Source: Octopus vulgaris
Taxonomy: Eukaryota
Reading direction: 5' to 3'
DNA: 64,000 nucleotides
Assembly: GCA_951406725.2 (NCBI GenBank)
Contig: OX597822.1
Location: 98,394,001-98,458,000 of the forward strand
In this document: piece by piece, positions 12,545-26,544 of the stretch
Position numbering within the stretch: the first letter of the stretch is position 1
Layout: each line of letters opens with the position of its first letter
The notes under the pieces: model-generated
Told to the model about the DNA's origin: nothing
Database searches by the model: none
Seen by the model: only the letters and a program-made list of their open reading frames with translations
Translations under genes and position numbers: made by a program

Positions 12545-13803
12545 CATTATTATTTCATGAAAACTCAAAATTCTCTATTTATTTTGGATGACTGGGTTTT
12601 GAAGCAGCTTCTCGACAAGGTTTTGTAGCAAGTGCTGGATGGGGTGGACAGTACATTTGGTAGTACGCAATGACCTCTAGTACATCCTTTTGAATACCTC
12701 TCGATGCCAAATTTAACTACTACTTCTGCCATAATTTTTCACCTGTAAATCTTTACAACCTCTCGCATTTTCGCTCTATGTATTAAATCGTAGTTTTTTT
12801 CAATCAATCGCAAGTAGTTTATTTGCTGCTTTATGGCATTCTTTGTAGTGTAGTAACGTTGGATCCATTGAAGCTCCGCTGTTACTTTGAAACACTGTGG
12901 TGACCGTAGCCGAAAGCAGTAGTCTAGGAGGGTGAAAACAAATACCTTCCACAATCTCAGCCAAAACTTCTCGGTCTCTTGTCTTGAAAGACCTTATTAT
13001 CCATCTAGCAAATTGTATAGAATCTTGACAATATGCACATGAAATGATGCATCATTGAACATACTGATTCCCAAATCTCACAATGCCTGTGAATCTATGA
13101 TCGCAGTGCTTTCGGCTTCAGTAGTAGTGCATTTCTGAGCTGATACCTCAGCGCTAGATATTTTCCAGCATAAAACAGTATTTTGTTTTATTCAGAGCGC
13201 TTGTATTTTACATTTATGTTCCTCTGCAAGATTTCGACATCGTTAGGGTTCTCTACTTCCTGTGATAATTTTGTATCATGAGCATAGCTAGTAACAATAG
13301 TTGTTGAAGGACCATGGTAATGTCTAAGAGAGCTACTATAAACAGTAATGGCCTTCCCTGAAGAACTCCAATCAGAATTTGTGTTTCCTTACAGAAGGCA
13401 CTACTGGACTGGCTGCAACTGCCAATTTCCATCTTTTAAGAAGACATATAGCCTCTCTCCTAGTTTACCAGCTATGCCAAAATATCACAACTTATGACAA
13501 AACATGCCATGATCCACCCTGTCAAGGGCCTCTGCAAAGTCAAGATACATCATATCGACATTTGAATGATTGAGCAATTGCTTCAAAACTAAGTGTGATG
13601 CTGTCGTAAGAGCTGTGAAAGGCGGCCTCTTCCTAAACAAAAAGCACGTAAAGTATCATTCAGCAAGTCACTTTCTTTTAGGAACATTATCAGTTTCCTT
13701 CTTCTGACGATTTGTTACATGACTTTGTTGATACGTAAAGTCAGAGATAGGCACGTAGATTTTAATCTCTTCTGCGTCTGCCTTTCTGGATAGGGAATAT
13801 AAT

Positions 13804-14037
13804 ACCTATTTCTTTATTACCCACAAGGGGCTAAACACAGAGGGGACAAACAAGGACAGACATAGGTATTAAGTCGATTACATCGACCCCAGTGCGTAAC
13901 TGGTACATAATTTATCGACCCCGAAAGGATGAAAGGCAAAGTCGACCTCGGCGGAATTTGAACTCACAACGTAACGCAGATGAAATACCGCTAAGCATTT
14001 CGCCCGGCGTGCTAACATTTCTGCCAGCTCGCCGCCT
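13804..14037 (-). mobile_element. Family B SINE with imperfect TSD GGTAT(C/T)ATATT
   Basis: Full-length copy. Flanks read on the minus strand. Confidence 0.9.
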
Positions 14038-14082
14038 TTAATATGATACCCTTAAGCGTTTTAGCAAGTTTACCACTTGCAA

Positions 14083-14340
14083 GGGTAAAGGGGTAAAGAC
14101 CCCCTTCGGTCATGAATGACCATGGGATTGCACCTAGAAAGTCATCCTCCTAGACACAAGTCCGGGCAAGGTTGTTTATGGAAGGCCAGCAGTCGCCCAT
14201 GCATACCAGCCTCCCCTCTCCACGCCACCAGTGTTATCCAAGGGAAAGACAAAGGTCGATACAGCTTGGCACCAGTGACGTCGCAGCTCATTTCTACAGG
14301 TGAGTGAACTGGAGCAACGTGAAATAAAGTGCCTTGCTCC
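14083..14340 (-). mobile_element. 5'-truncated SINE, family E (conserved-domain-like body, (TTTACCC)n tail)
   Basis: Minus strand GAGCAAGGCACTTTATTTCACGTTGCTCCAG..AAATGAG resembles conserved SINE central domains. Short tandem tail. Confidence 0.55.
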
Positions 14341-14954
14341 TCTCGAAAAGTATATGAAGTGGTTCGACAAAAGCCTACGAATATGGCTTTAAGAAAATTC
14401 CTTGGAAACGAGTAAGACCAGTTGCCGAGTTGAAACTAACTGCATCTCTGTTTGCTGTTACATCTACGTGCTCAGTGTCGATGTAACCAAGGCTTGCTGT
14501 CTTTATTTGCAGAACTGTAATGTCAACGAATTCAGTCGGGTTATTTATCTGTATGTGTCTTGCGGGAAGGTGTAGACAATTTTGAATTGTTTACTGAGCA
14601 CTTCATTAAACTTTTTGGGGGTCGACGGTCAACGAATAGCGCTACTATTTTGTATGGCTCCGTGGTTGGTGACTTTGCTAATTTATAGAAAGTTCAGGGC
14701 TTGTTCTTTTGCTTTCCAGAGCATATCTAAGGATATATGAACTGAAAAATGTATTTTCGTGTGCGTACGTATGTGCGTGTTGTGTGAGCGTGTGTTTGCA
14801 GAATACATACATATGTAGAAAATGCACAGATTACATACACAGAAACATACATCTGTATACATACACATATATGTATGAATATACGTATGTATGTATGCAT
14901 GTATGTATATATAAATATACAAGCACACACACACACATATATATATGCATATAC

Positions 14955-15028
<74 letters not shown>

Positions 15029-15494
15029 CTGTGCGATTTTCGTTCTCCTTCTATGCTATTTCACTCCACTCTTATTCAAAATGTCAATATTTTCTTGACA
15101 TTCCTAAGGAGGATATTATCGAAATGCAATCTAAGATCCAGTCTTGAACGCACTTTCCGTTTTTAGAATAAATGATATTGGCCATAAACACCTATAGTGC
15201 ATTTGAACTTTAGACATCTTAATTGACAATGTAACGCTGAATAGCTATGGCCGTCGTATTTCTGTTATACTGAGTAGCACCACTATAAGTACTACTGATG
15301 GCACTTTCTTTCATTTTATTGACTCTAGATTGCCAGGCTTTTACAATTCCGGGTGGACAAGCTACCGCTGAAATGGCCAAAGTGTATTGACAATATGGGT
15401 GCATGCTTTGATGAATAAAACTATTCATTGTATTTATAAAACATTAGTAAACTTTTTTCTCTTTTCTACAGATTTCATACTTGACGACTTAATA

Positions 15495-16347
15495 TTTCAA
15501 TCTCCCCCAGTCTTGTCTATATGTTGGCTTACTGTTCCTAGTGCACCAATTATTATAGGCACGTCCTTTACTCTTCTCATCCTTCAAATTCTTCCTATTT
15601 CAAACTTTAGGCGATTGTATTTTCCTTATTATTCTTCCTCTGTCTTTACGATGTTGGAATCAAGTGGGCATGATTGTAATAGTTGGTCTATTGTTTTCTA
15701 ATTTATTGTCCGTTTGTATTGGAAGGTCCCACAAAATCTTACATTTTTCCGACTCAAGTACTCTTTCGACCCCGATGATTGTACAATGTGCTTCCAGTTT
15801 CAAATCCCCATTTCTGGTACAGCTTCCAATATAAGACTTTTGCAACCTGGTCGTTCCTCCGTGCCAACTTGGGATATTCTGTCACAATGTGTGTCACTGT
15901 TTCATTGTGTCACAAGATCTACATTTTTTTTGTGCTGCTCTATAAAATCTTCTACTAGACTTCTTGTTTCCATCTGTACACATTCTTCTACGGTTATTAA
16001 GCCTCTTTCACTCTGATCTATACTCAAGTACAGCCGGCTGTTATCAGCTTTCGGATGGTGGGCTCCATACATCGTCAACAGCTTCTTAGTTTTTCTGTCG
16101 AGTTTTTCTATTTCGATTCTGGTCCAGTTTATTATTCCAGCTCCATATCTGATTAAGGGTACTGCACATGAATTCATTACTTCAATGAGATGTTTGGAAT
16201 TCAGCTTAGACTGCAATAATTTTCTAACACTCCTTGTGTACTCTCTAACAATGATTTGTTTCATTTCTTCATTTTTATCTCACCTGCTTCCAGTTTTCCC
16301 AAGTACTTATACCACTATACTTTCTCAACCAATTATCATTATTATTA

Positions 16348-16427
<80 letters not shown>

Positions 16428-18215
16428 TTTATTATAGACGTCGCACAGTTTACAATATTGTGAGGATGTTGATTGAAGATATTGTATCTACCGGGGTTTT
16501 ATACTGTTTGTCAAGTCAGACAAGGACCTCAGGCACACAGTACTTTAAGCAATATGTGTGCAGCTCCAAAAATGCGAACTTTTGCAATACATCTACATTG
16601 TAGAGTATCTCTAAGGTTTTCAGATGTTTTTTTTTTCTTTTTCAGATTAGTTGGTATTGAACCCAATGCGCCGATTACAGCATCTTTGCACTGTCTCAAC
16701 CAGCCTCTCCATTTCAGGCTCTGTTTTTGCGAACTGTTTTAAATCATCCATGAAGCGAAGGTGGTTGAGACAAGGTTCGTTCGGTCTCAGCTCATAGTGC
16801 ACGTTGATTTTATGCAGGATTAGAGAAATTAGGATCAAAGTTGTGACAAATAACAGAGGTGAACAAGTCTCCTTCGAAGATAACCTCATTTGATTGCTAC
16901 CTCGGCTAAGTGCTGGTTGTTACAGGAAACACGCGTTTTTCGACTAGGCATGCTGTTTTTAATCAGTGCACACACTTTCTCAGCTATTCCACAAATGTCG
17001 AGTGTTTCCAAAATCCACGAATGCGGCAACATTTCGGAAGCCTTTTTGAAGTTTATCAAGACTATACATAGAATTTTTGGTACCTTATACTCTTTTAGTC
17101 TTTTACTTGTTTCAGTCATTTAACTCTGGCAATGCTGGAGCACCGCCTTTTTAGTCGATCGAATCGACCCCAGGACTTATTCTTTGTAAGCTTAGTACTT
17201 ATTCTATCGGTCTCTTTTACCGAACCGCTAAGTTACGGGGACGTAAACACACCACCATCGGTTGTCAAGTGATGTTGGGGAGGGACAAACACAGACACAC
17301 AAACGTATACACACACATACACACATACATATATACATATATGCGATGGTCTTCTTTCAGTTTCCGTCTACCAAATCCACTCACAAGGCTTTGGTCGGCC
17401 CGAGGCTGTAGTAGAAGACACTTGACCAAGGTGCCACGCAGTGGGACTGAACCAGGAACCATGTGGTTCGTAAGCAAGCTACTTGCCACACATCCACTCG
17501 TACGCCTACACATACCGTTTACAGTTCTTCATTATAATCTTGTCTATTACAAGGTGGTCTTTGGTGCACTTGGATCTTTTTCGACATTCCTTTTGTTCTG
17601 CTAGCTGAAGATTGTTTTCCACAAGAAACGTATATATTTTTCCTGTGAGGGTACCTGTTAATACTTTCCATAGGGAGTTAAGACAAGCAATAGCTCGGTA
17701 ATTGCCATCCTCTTTGTCCTTTGACCGATCTTTTATTAACAATGTTGTTCTTCTCTCTATCATCCGCTCTGTAGGCAATTGTCCAATTGCAACGCATTTC
17801 TCTTATATATTGATCTGATCGACTTGAACCAGTAGCCTTGAATTCCATCTGGTCCTGCCGCTTTCCAGTTTGGCAGATTTTATACCTGTGTAATGACATC
17901 TGTTGTTATACGCACATGGTCCTGTCATGGAGCCTCTGGATGATGGAGTTCGGATCTCACGGAATGATAGCCACTCCGCACTGTAGTTGTGCAAAACTTC
18001 CTGCCCCCAGATTTTATTCCAAAATTGGTTGGTTTCTTCTGCTTCAGGAGGTATATTATCATCTGTATTTCCTCCTAAGCCCATAAAAAAACTACCGCTG
18101 GTCATTTGAGAATAATCGGTTTTGCTGCAACTGCGATATAGATAAGTATAGTGCTGCATCTTTAATGTTTCAGCCCGCACCCCATATTTTAGGCTTTGAT
18201 GACAGTTTTGTAACC
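15495..18215 (-). pseudogene. Composite of decayed R4/Dong-type (RLE) non-LTR retrotransposon pieces
   Basis: NYRAIACLNSLWK, INFKKASEMLPHSWI, LNHLRFMDDLKQFA, KLDRKTKKLLTMYGAHHPKADNSRLY, KILWDLPIQTDNKLENNRP, PIIIGALG. Interrupted by (ATT)n and a SINE. Confidence 0.85.
17088..17507 (-). mobile_element. Family A SINE nested in the R4/Dong element
   Basis: Full-length family A match. Confidence 0.9.
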
Positions 18216-18267
<52 letters not shown>

Positions 18268-18275
18268 ATTATTAT

Positions 18276-18762
18276 TGAGTGAGAGAGCAGTTCGTGCCAT
18301 CAAAGTGACACAGGGGTAAAATATAGGAAGCCCAATATACCCATCATGACTACCCGTCTGATAAGGGTACACCAGGCACATGCATCACAACCATATGTGC
18401 GCGACATGCTGATCTCATATCAAGATAAACAGCACATGACCTTGCTGGTGGGGCCCAGTTAGAATTTTCTTCTGGTCGAGTAGCCCATCCCGCTCAAAAG
18501 GTCCCTGAATAAGGGTTGTTTAAGGATGTTGAAAGAACCACCCATGTTTCCAGAGGTGAATTATTCAAACTCCAAAGAATCCCTCTCAACACATGGCTAT
18601 GATGCTCCTCCACTACTCCTTCTCGTGATCAGAGATGCATATATCGTCGGCCATTAAGGGACATGCTCGAATGGTTAAGGTCAAACGACTGACAAGCAAA
18701 TCTGTGGTATTGAGCAGAATATCTGCTGTAGCCCATCTTTTATACCAAGACAAAACAATGTA

Positions 18763-18764
<2 letters not shown>
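18276..18764 (-). mobile_element. Family D (AAT)n-embedded repeat
   Basis: Homologous to 11963-12450. (ATT)n on both sides. Confidence 0.75.
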
Positions 18765-18793
<29 letters not shown>

Positions 18794-18816
18794 GTTGTTG
18801 TTGTTGTTGTTATTAA

Positions 18817-19030
18817 GGGCGTAAACTGGCAGAATCGTTAACACACCGGGCAAAATGCTTAGCGACATTTCGTCCGTCTTTACGTTCTGAGTTCAAATAC
18901 TGCCTAGGTCGACTTTGCCTTTCATTCTTTTCGGGTCGATAAATTAAGTAGCAGTGAAACACTGGAGTCGATGTAATTGATTATTACCCTCCCCACAAAT
19001 TCCAGGCCCTGTGCCTATTGTAGAAAGGAT
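18817..19030 (+). mobile_element. Family B SINE (older tail variant)
   Basis: Family B head and core, with tail ..CCTGTGCCTATTGTAGAAAGG followed by ATT/ATC repeats. Confidence 0.75.
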
Positions 19031-19633
19031 TACTATAATTATCATCATCTACCTCATTATCATCATCATCCTCCTTATTATCATCATCATCATCATCATC
19101 ATCTTCATCATGACATATTAAATAGATGATGACTAAAATGATTTCAATCATTAATTGCAGTTTCCGGGCAAATATAGAACATGTTTGCATTCCAATATCT
19201 GTGAATAATTCAAATTAAATAAACTTCGGATTTAATCCTTTGAAAGCATAAAAATATATTCTGGGAGAAAAAAATCCAAACTATGTTTCTATGTTTATTA
19301 TCTCAAAGGAGAGGAAGGCGAGGCACTTGGAACGGTGGACCGTTATAGTATAATGAGGTGAATCATGAAGAAAATTAGCTAAATTATCTAGCATAGCTGG
19401 TTTTCGTCCAGGGGGTGTTTATATATGAATAACAACCAGGAACATGTCTTTGTCCCGCTCACATACAAACCCACACATTAAAGCATTTTAGTGTAAAGGA
19501 AAGTGTGTGTGTGTGTACATATGTATATATATTTATATATATGTATGTATACACACACAGAGACACACACGCACACACACATATATATAACAAATGAAAG
19601 ACAGAAGATGGAATATACGAGAATTTATTATTA

Positions 19634-19739
19634 ATCACGACAATTGTTTCGACACATCAAGCATCGATTCCTCTTGAATGGAACACTCAACAACTGGTTC
19701 AGGAGCATCCGGTGGTGCAGATGTATCTCGTCGGGTGAT
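19634..19739 (-). ncRNA. Type-I hammerhead ribozyme motif, CCGACGA core, long stem II loop
   Basis: Minus strand: atcac CCGACGA gatacatc [~60 nt] gatgtgtc GAAA caattg TC gtgat. GUC triplet and palindromic stem III. Confidence 0.7.
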
Positions 19740-20449
19740 AAATATATAAAAACAACTCGTTAAAATGACTGTTCCACAATATAACTTACTGTTCTGTTGA
19801 GAGAAAAACAGCCAGACAGAGGAAAAAAATCTTCTTATATAACGAAGAACAAAAATAAAATTACAAAAGACAAAAAGAGAAACGAACACGTAATCCAGCG
19901 AGAATAGTATTGAAAATAACCTTTAAAAGATATGGATGTATAAACGCTCTCGGGCAAGCTGCAGGACACGAGTGCACACGCTCATTCAAGCATCAGCAAA
20001 AATGTGAGCATACGCACAGGCGAGGTTTGGTGCACTCCTTATTACAAAGCGAGCCAGTTACTTACTTGGTGTGTAGAAGAACAGGGAAGCTAAAAGTAAC
20101 CTAAAGTCATCCATACCTTAAATTAAATTACATTAAGTTAACAGTTTCTCAAAGTACATTCTCACTGTATTATGCAAAAGTACATTTATATGCGTGTAGT
20201 ACATTTATATCTCGATAGTCGCTCAGAAATTCTATTAAGTAACTTCTCATTAGTTATGTATAAAAATTATGAGTTAGAGATTATGCAACCGTCTAAGAGA
20301 CAAACGTATCCGTAGGCACTACTGGTGTATTACCTCACTATGTACAGGCCTTGCTATAAGGTTAACAGTAGTTGGTAATTTAAATGGTATAACCGTGGTT
20401 TAATATATTGAGATAAGAAAAGAAACGGATTAACAATTAGAATTTGATC

Positions 20450-21530
20450 ATTGGTATTAAACGGCCGTATGGTATCACTCAGGCAGAACCTGCTAAACAA
20501 CAGCACCAAAAATAAATATTAATGCACTCATGAAAAGTGAAGTGAGCAACATTGTACGAGTTGGCAGTGAGCTCCTCAAGAAACACTCTCTTCCTGATGA
20601 TCGCCTATACCGCTCTCCAAAGCAGCTGAGCTCTCTTACCTCAGAGAAGACCTGGATGGAAAGCACTCAGCATACAAAAAAGAGACCATGCATGGGTATG
20701 TTGCTCGGAAGCTTCAAGAAGACAGTAGAATTGACACAGTACCACTACATCACATCACTCTTTGAAGGATATTCGTTTGCAATCCAAGAACAGGCAGGTA
20801 ATTGCCACAAAGCACCTGGTGAACAAGTGAGACTGTGACGCTCTTGTAATCTCAAGGTGCAACCGCATGTGTAGGCTATGTCGTGTCTTTGTGGAAGACA
20901 TTCCGCATCTGATTAGCAGTTGTCCTAAACTCTTGTCACGGTACTGCCTCCCTATGCGGCACGATGTTGTTGCTAAAACTATTTACAATGCCATCCGCAA
21001 AAACAGACTGTCCTGAAATACACTTAGAAAATCTCTCTGTTATGGAATACATTCATAAACAGTAACTCAAGGAATACTGGTGAAATATTCCCATCAAAAT
21101 TTCTGTCAAATGTAAGAATAACAGACAGGATATTGTTGTTTGTGATAGAAGGCATCATAGAGGTTAGCTGCCCTGGAGATATAAACATCTCTTTGAAAAT
21201 CAAAGAAGAAGGGGATATCTATGGAAAACTGCTTCGAAACCTCTAACATCTATATCCATGCTATGAATTCATATTCATACCCATAATAATTGGAGCATTA
21301 GGTTTTGTTAGTAAATGCTTAAAAGTGAATCTGGATAAAATGGGATTTTCAATATGAGAAATTGATATGCTGATTCGTGCATTACAAGTCTAATCTGTGA
21401 GTGGAAGAGTAAATATATGCAAGTTCCAAATGTGAATTTGTCTGTGTTAATTACGCCCCAAAGATGGAGCCTTGTATCTTTGATGGAAAACTGCTCCCTC
21501 CTCAGTGGAATATTTCTAATAATTAAAAAA
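20450..21530 (+). pseudogene. Decayed R4/Dong-type element 3' half (CCHC and RLE endonuclease)
   Basis: EGYSFAIQEQ, CRLCRVFVEDIPHLISSCPKL, RHDVVAK, IIEVSCP, FIPIIIGALG. Confidence 0.8.
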
Positions 21531-21575
21531 AATAGAAGAGACATACATATACACACATGTTTATCAAAACACACG

Positions 21576-21630
<55 letters not shown>

Positions 21631-21638
21631 ATATATAC

Positions 21639-22950
21639 TGCTATGAAGTGAATGCTCGTCCACTTGTATGTTATTGTCGGCATTGTAATATTCTCGTAAC
21701 TACTATTATGTGGTGGCAGTATTCCGCGACTTATTATCTTTTGCTCCTCTATCGTGCTATCCAAGACAATGGCTTGTAATGTCTACCTTGACGGTAACTC
21801 GAAATTGTATATATCACGTAATTGACACAGAATCTAACTGAGAACTCCTACAACAACTCTACTACTACTACTAACCTTCTACAACAACTGACTGACTGTA
21901 CAGTCGTGTGTTATACCACTCTGTCATATGAGAAAGGGAGTACCATTTTCACTACAACATCTCCCATTTTAGTTTTTTCCTTGGAAAGCAAATAATTTTA
22001 TTTTACATTATTCACCCCTCATCTCTTTTTAGCGTTTTTATTTCCAACTTAATATTTTTTCTTTTTGCGTCTATTTGTAGGAGCTCAGTGTTTTTCTTTT
22101 TTCTTCAACTTGCGCGCGTGGGTTCAACCATCTGTAATGGTGTTGGTACCATGAATGTATCATACAGCCATTTCATAGGTTCTTCCAATCTGTCTGGTTC
22201 ATTTTCTATGACTCTCTTCTTCAATTGGTTTCTGAGTCTTTCTTCAATAACTTTTTTGCTTTGAATTCCGTACATCATTTTTCCTATGTACTTTAAACAT
22301 TTTCCTTCCTCCCAGTATTGTTTTCTGCTTTTATACGACCTCATGTACACCTTATCAGCAATTTTCAAAAAAATTAGATTGTCTCTCCAGGTATTTTTTC
22401 TGTCCTTACCAAGTAACAGTTTATCAAAAACTGATTTCACCTTCCTTGCGAACATCAGTTCAGCTGGTGACCTTCCTGCTGGTGTATTGGGGTTGATTCT
22501 CAACCTGTATACCTTAGGAATTGCTGCGAAGCGACTTCGCCTGTGATTTACTTGTTTAGTTTTCTCAAAGTTCCTTTAAAAGTGTCTACAAAACGCTCTG
22601 CCTGTCCATTTGATCCGGGATGGTAAGGCGCTATCGTTCTACTGTGAATATTTCGCAGAATTTTCTAAATTCACTGGACAAAAATTGCGATCCATTATGA
22701 GATACAATTACGTCTAGGATGCAAAATCTTGTGAATAATTCGTGCAAAAAATTTATTACAATTGGAGCAGTTAGTCTTTTGCACTTAACAATTGGCGGCC
22801 ATTTTGTAAAACCGTCAACTACTACTAAATATTAATAACCATTTAACGGACTCGCAAAACCTATATGTAGTCTTGGCCATGGACTTTTTACTTCTGGCCA
22901 AGGCTGCCAATTTTTAGTAGGTAATTTTCTGCCAGAACACAACATCTGAA
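21639..22950 (-). mobile_element. Ty3/Gypsy LTR retrotransposon relic: integrase fragment, PPT and putative 3' LTR (~21639-21959)
   Basis: Minus translation PWPRLHIGFASPLNG..VVVDGFTKWP, PYHPGSNGQAERFVDTFK, NPNTPAGRSPAELMFARK. Purine tract AAAATGGGAGA followed by TGTTGTAGTG. Confidence 0.8.
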
Positions 22951-23205
22951 ACCTTATCTCAGGTGAAATTAAACAATTCACGTGGCCGACGCTGAAAGAT
23001 GCTTCACAAGGATATATTAAAAATTCGACAGAGGAGAAAAAATATTTTTGTTGGATATATTTTATGAAAAATCCGTAAAATTATGGAAAATTAGTTAGAG
23101 GGTTTAGTTGACTGACTGTTTGACTTTACACTGGTGTGTCATACCACTTTTTCATGTGGGAAGGAGAGAACCAGTTTCATTACAACATATACATAGATAC
23201 ATACG

Positions 23206-23588
23206 TGGAGGCGCAATGGCCAAGTGGTTAGGGCAGCGGACTCGCGGTCATAGGATCGCGGTTTCGATTCCCAGACCGAGCGTTGTGAGTGTTTATTGAG
23301 CGAAAACAACTAAAGCTCCACGAGGCTCCGGCAGGGGATGGTGGTGATCCCTGCAGTACTCTTTCACCACAACTTTCTCTCACTCTTACTTCCTCTTTCT
23401 GTTGTACCTGTATTTCAAAGGGCCGGCCTTGTCACTCTCTGTGTCACGCTGAATATCCCCGAGAACTACGTTAAGGGTACACGTGTCTGCGGAGTGCTCA
23501 GCCACTTACACGTTAATTTCACGAGCAGGCTGTTCCGTTGATTCGGATCAACCGGAACCCTCGTCGTCGTAACCGACGGAGTGCTTCT
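23206..23588 (+). mobile_element. Family C1 SINE
   Basis: Full-length match to 6115-6495. Confidence 0.9.
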
Positions 23589-23878
23589 CTCTAGATACAT
23601 ACACATGCGCGTGTATGTAAATTTATGGATTATACGCTATCTGCATGCATACATCAGATCAGCGATCCGAATTCGTTTAGAATTTACTCGGGTGTAAGGT
23701 GCAATAATCTGAAAGAACAGCGACACGTCTCTAACCACCGTTCTCCTTCGACGAGGCAATTCGATCTCTTTCGTTTCGGAGTATTCAATGTTTCTTTTAA
23801 CACTTGACGTATAAACAAATTACATGCATTAACTATGGAAAGATTGGTAGATCCGTAATATATATGCACACACGTATG

Positions 23879-24264
23879 GGAAGCACTCCGTCGGTTACGA
23901 CGACGAGGGTTCCGGTTGATCCGAATCAACGGAACAGCCTGCTCGTGAAATTAACGTGTAAGTGGCTGAGCACTCCACAGACACGTGCACCCTTAACGTA
24001 GTTCTCAGGGATATTCAGCGTGACACAGAGAGTGACAAGGCCGGTCCTTTGAAATACAGGTACAACAGAAACAGGAAGTAAGTGTGAGAGAAAGTTGTGG
24101 TGAAAGAGTACAGCAGGGTTCACCACCATCCCCTGCCGGAGCCTCGTGGAGCTTTTTTAGGTGTTTTCGCTCAATAAACACTCACAACGCCCGGTCTGGG
24201 AATCGAAACCGCGATCCTATGACCGCGAGTCCGCTGCCCTAAACACTGGGCCATTGCGCCTCCG
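23879..24264 (-). mobile_element. Family C1 SINE with 13-bp TSD GCACACACGTATG
   Basis: TSD at ~23866-23878 and ~24265-24277. Confidence 0.9.
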
Positions 24265-24339
24265 CACACACGTATGCAAGTGTATTGAAGTATAAGTGTT
24301 TCGTTAAAAATTGTAACAAATCTTCAGAGTATGAATTAT

Positions 24340-24690
24340 TCTTCAGACTTGTGTCGAATGTCCTCATGCACTTCGAAACGTGAAGTTTTTTGGCAATGAC
24401 CCCTATTATTTACCAAGATAATCATCGATAATGTTTTGGATCCGTATTATATGAATTGCGATGACCTTATTGAATCCGAACGCTTGAATGCTTTTTTTCT
24501 TTGATACATTTGAAACATTTCCATCAGAGCCTTCCAATTCCATCCAAACTTTTGCACAATAGATATTACACTATTTCGAAAGTTGTCAATTTCTAAATGA
24601 TTGGTTTGCCCATATGGCAAAACTGACTACATATCTTTTCATTTCTTGTGTTAGTATTTCATCTGCCATGGGTAACTGAAAGAAATAAAA
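24340..24690 (-). pseudogene. Tc1/mariner (DD37D/maT-like) transposase N-terminal relic
   Basis: MADEILTQEMKRYVVSFAI.., KVWMELEGSDGNVSNVSKKK, RIQNIIDDYLGK, HEDIRHKS across frameshifts. Confidence 0.55.
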
Positions 24691-24702
24691 AACTTTTTCA
24701 TA

Positions 24703-25112
24703 GGCGCAGGAGTGGCTGTGTGGTAAGTAGCTTGATAACCAACCACATGGTTCCGGGTTCAGTCCCACTGCGTAGCATCTTGGGCAAGTGTCTTCTGCTA
24801 TAGCCCCGGGCCGACGAATGCCTTGTGAGTGGATTTGGTAGACGGAAACTGAAAGAAGCCTGTCGTATATATGTATGTATATATATATATGTATGTGTGT
24901 GTGTGTTTGTGTGTCTGTGTTTGTCTCCCTAGCATTGCTTGACAACAGATGCTGGTGTGTTTACGTCCCCGTTACTTAGCGGTTCGGCAAAAGAGACCGA
25001 TAGAATAAGTACTGGGCTTACAAAGAATAAGTCCCGGGGTCGATTTGCTCGATTAAAAAAGGGCGGTGCTCCAGCATGGCCGCAGTCAAATGACTGAAAC
25101 AAGTAAAAGAGT
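24703..25112 (+). mobile_element. Family A SINE
   Basis: Full-length match. Confidence 0.9.
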
Positions 25113-25543
25113 AGGTTTAAAGTGAGTGATACGTTTATAATTAGTTACATGTCCTCAAATACGCTTCGCTCGGTTTGCTCTATGTGTGTAAGTAACTGTT
25201 GGCATCATAGGAATTTATAGAGAGAAAGTGAAATAATACCTTTTTTGAAACAGTGGCTCTCGAAATACATAGAGGTGTAAGTAATGGCATGCAAATATTG
25301 GTTTAAAAAAAAAACCCTTTCGGATACATACATATATAAATGTCTCCACGCACGAAGATTTATGTATGAACATACGCAAAGTAGACATATTTAGCTTGTG
25401 AAAAGAAATGAAATGTTACTCACGCACTCACACCCACATACATCCACACATACTTCCACCCATCCCACAACACACATATACATATATACACATACATATA
25501 TACACAGACACATATTGTGTGTTTGTGAGCATATATATATGAG

Positions 25544-25573
<30 letters not shown>

Positions 25574-25575
<2 letters not shown>

Positions 25576-25938
25576 GTTACGGCAGCGGACTCGCGGTCAT
25601 AAGATAGCGGTTTCGATTCCCAGACCGGGCGTTGTGAGTGTTTATTGAGCGAAAACACCTTAAAGCTCCACGAGGCTCCGGCAGGGGATGGTGGTGATCC
25701 CTGCTGTACTCTTTCACCACAACTTTCTCTCACTCTTACTTCCTGTTTCTGTTGTACCTGTATTTCAAGGGGCCGGCCTTGTCACTCTCTGTGTCACGCT
25801 GAATATCCCCGAGAACTACGTTAAGGGTGCACGTGTCTGTGGAGTGCTCAGCCACTTACACGTTAGTTTCACGAGCAGGCTGTTCCGTTGATTCGGATCA
25901 ACCAGAACCCTCATCGTCGTAACCGACGGAGTGCTTCC
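25574..25938 (+). mobile_element. Family C1 SINE (slightly 5'-truncated)
   Basis: Match to C1 from GTGGTTA onward. Confidence 0.9.
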
Positions 25939-25942
25939 ACAC

Positions 25943-25983
<41 letters not shown>

Positions 25984-26203
25984 TGCATATGTGTTTACAA
26001 ATACAGATGCAGTCGGTTTAATTGGTCACTGCAACGAAATAATAGCCTAATGAATATTGTGTTAGTGGGTGTGTTTATAACAGTAAACGGAAAAAATTAA
26101 TGTTATATACCTATATACACATAATAATAATGTTTCTTTTCCTTTTCTTGTTGTTTTTGTCTGAACACCTCACACAGCCTTAGGATTATGCCACATATAT
26201 TTG

Positions 26204-26499
26204 TGGAGGCGCAATGGCCCAGTGGTTAGGGCAGCGGACTCGCGGTTTTCTACCGAGCGTTGTGAGTGTTTATTGAGCGAAAACACCTAAAGCTCCACGA
26301 GACACCGGTGGGGTGTGGTGGAGATCCCTGCTGTACTCTTTCGCCACAACTTTCTTTCACTCTTTCTTCTGTTGGCCTGCTCGCTTAGCCAGCGGGGTGG
26401 CGTCATTTTAAGGCTAAAGCTATGCGAAGCGCATTGTGACCAGCGATGTGTAGCAACATCTGATAGCCTGGTCGGTCACTGTGATCACGGTGATCACGG

Positions 26500-26500
<1 letters not shown>
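26204..26500 (+). mobile_element. Family C2 SINE (C-type head with a different tail; possibly OR2)
   Basis: C head, then TTGGCCTGCTCGCTTAGCCAGCGGGGTGGCG..GTGATCACGG tail. Confidence 0.85.

Positions 26501-26544
<44 letters not shown>

Larger units (their letters stand above)
12560..14680 (-). pseudogene. Decayed CR1/Jockey-group LINE ORF2 (RT), interrupted by SINEs
   Basis: Minus-strand motifs MYLDFAEALDRVDHG, GVLQG..PLLFIVAL and SYAHDTKL (YADDTKL). N-terminal part QINNPTEF..NSATG at ~14400-14650. Many stops and frameshifts. Confidence 0.7.
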
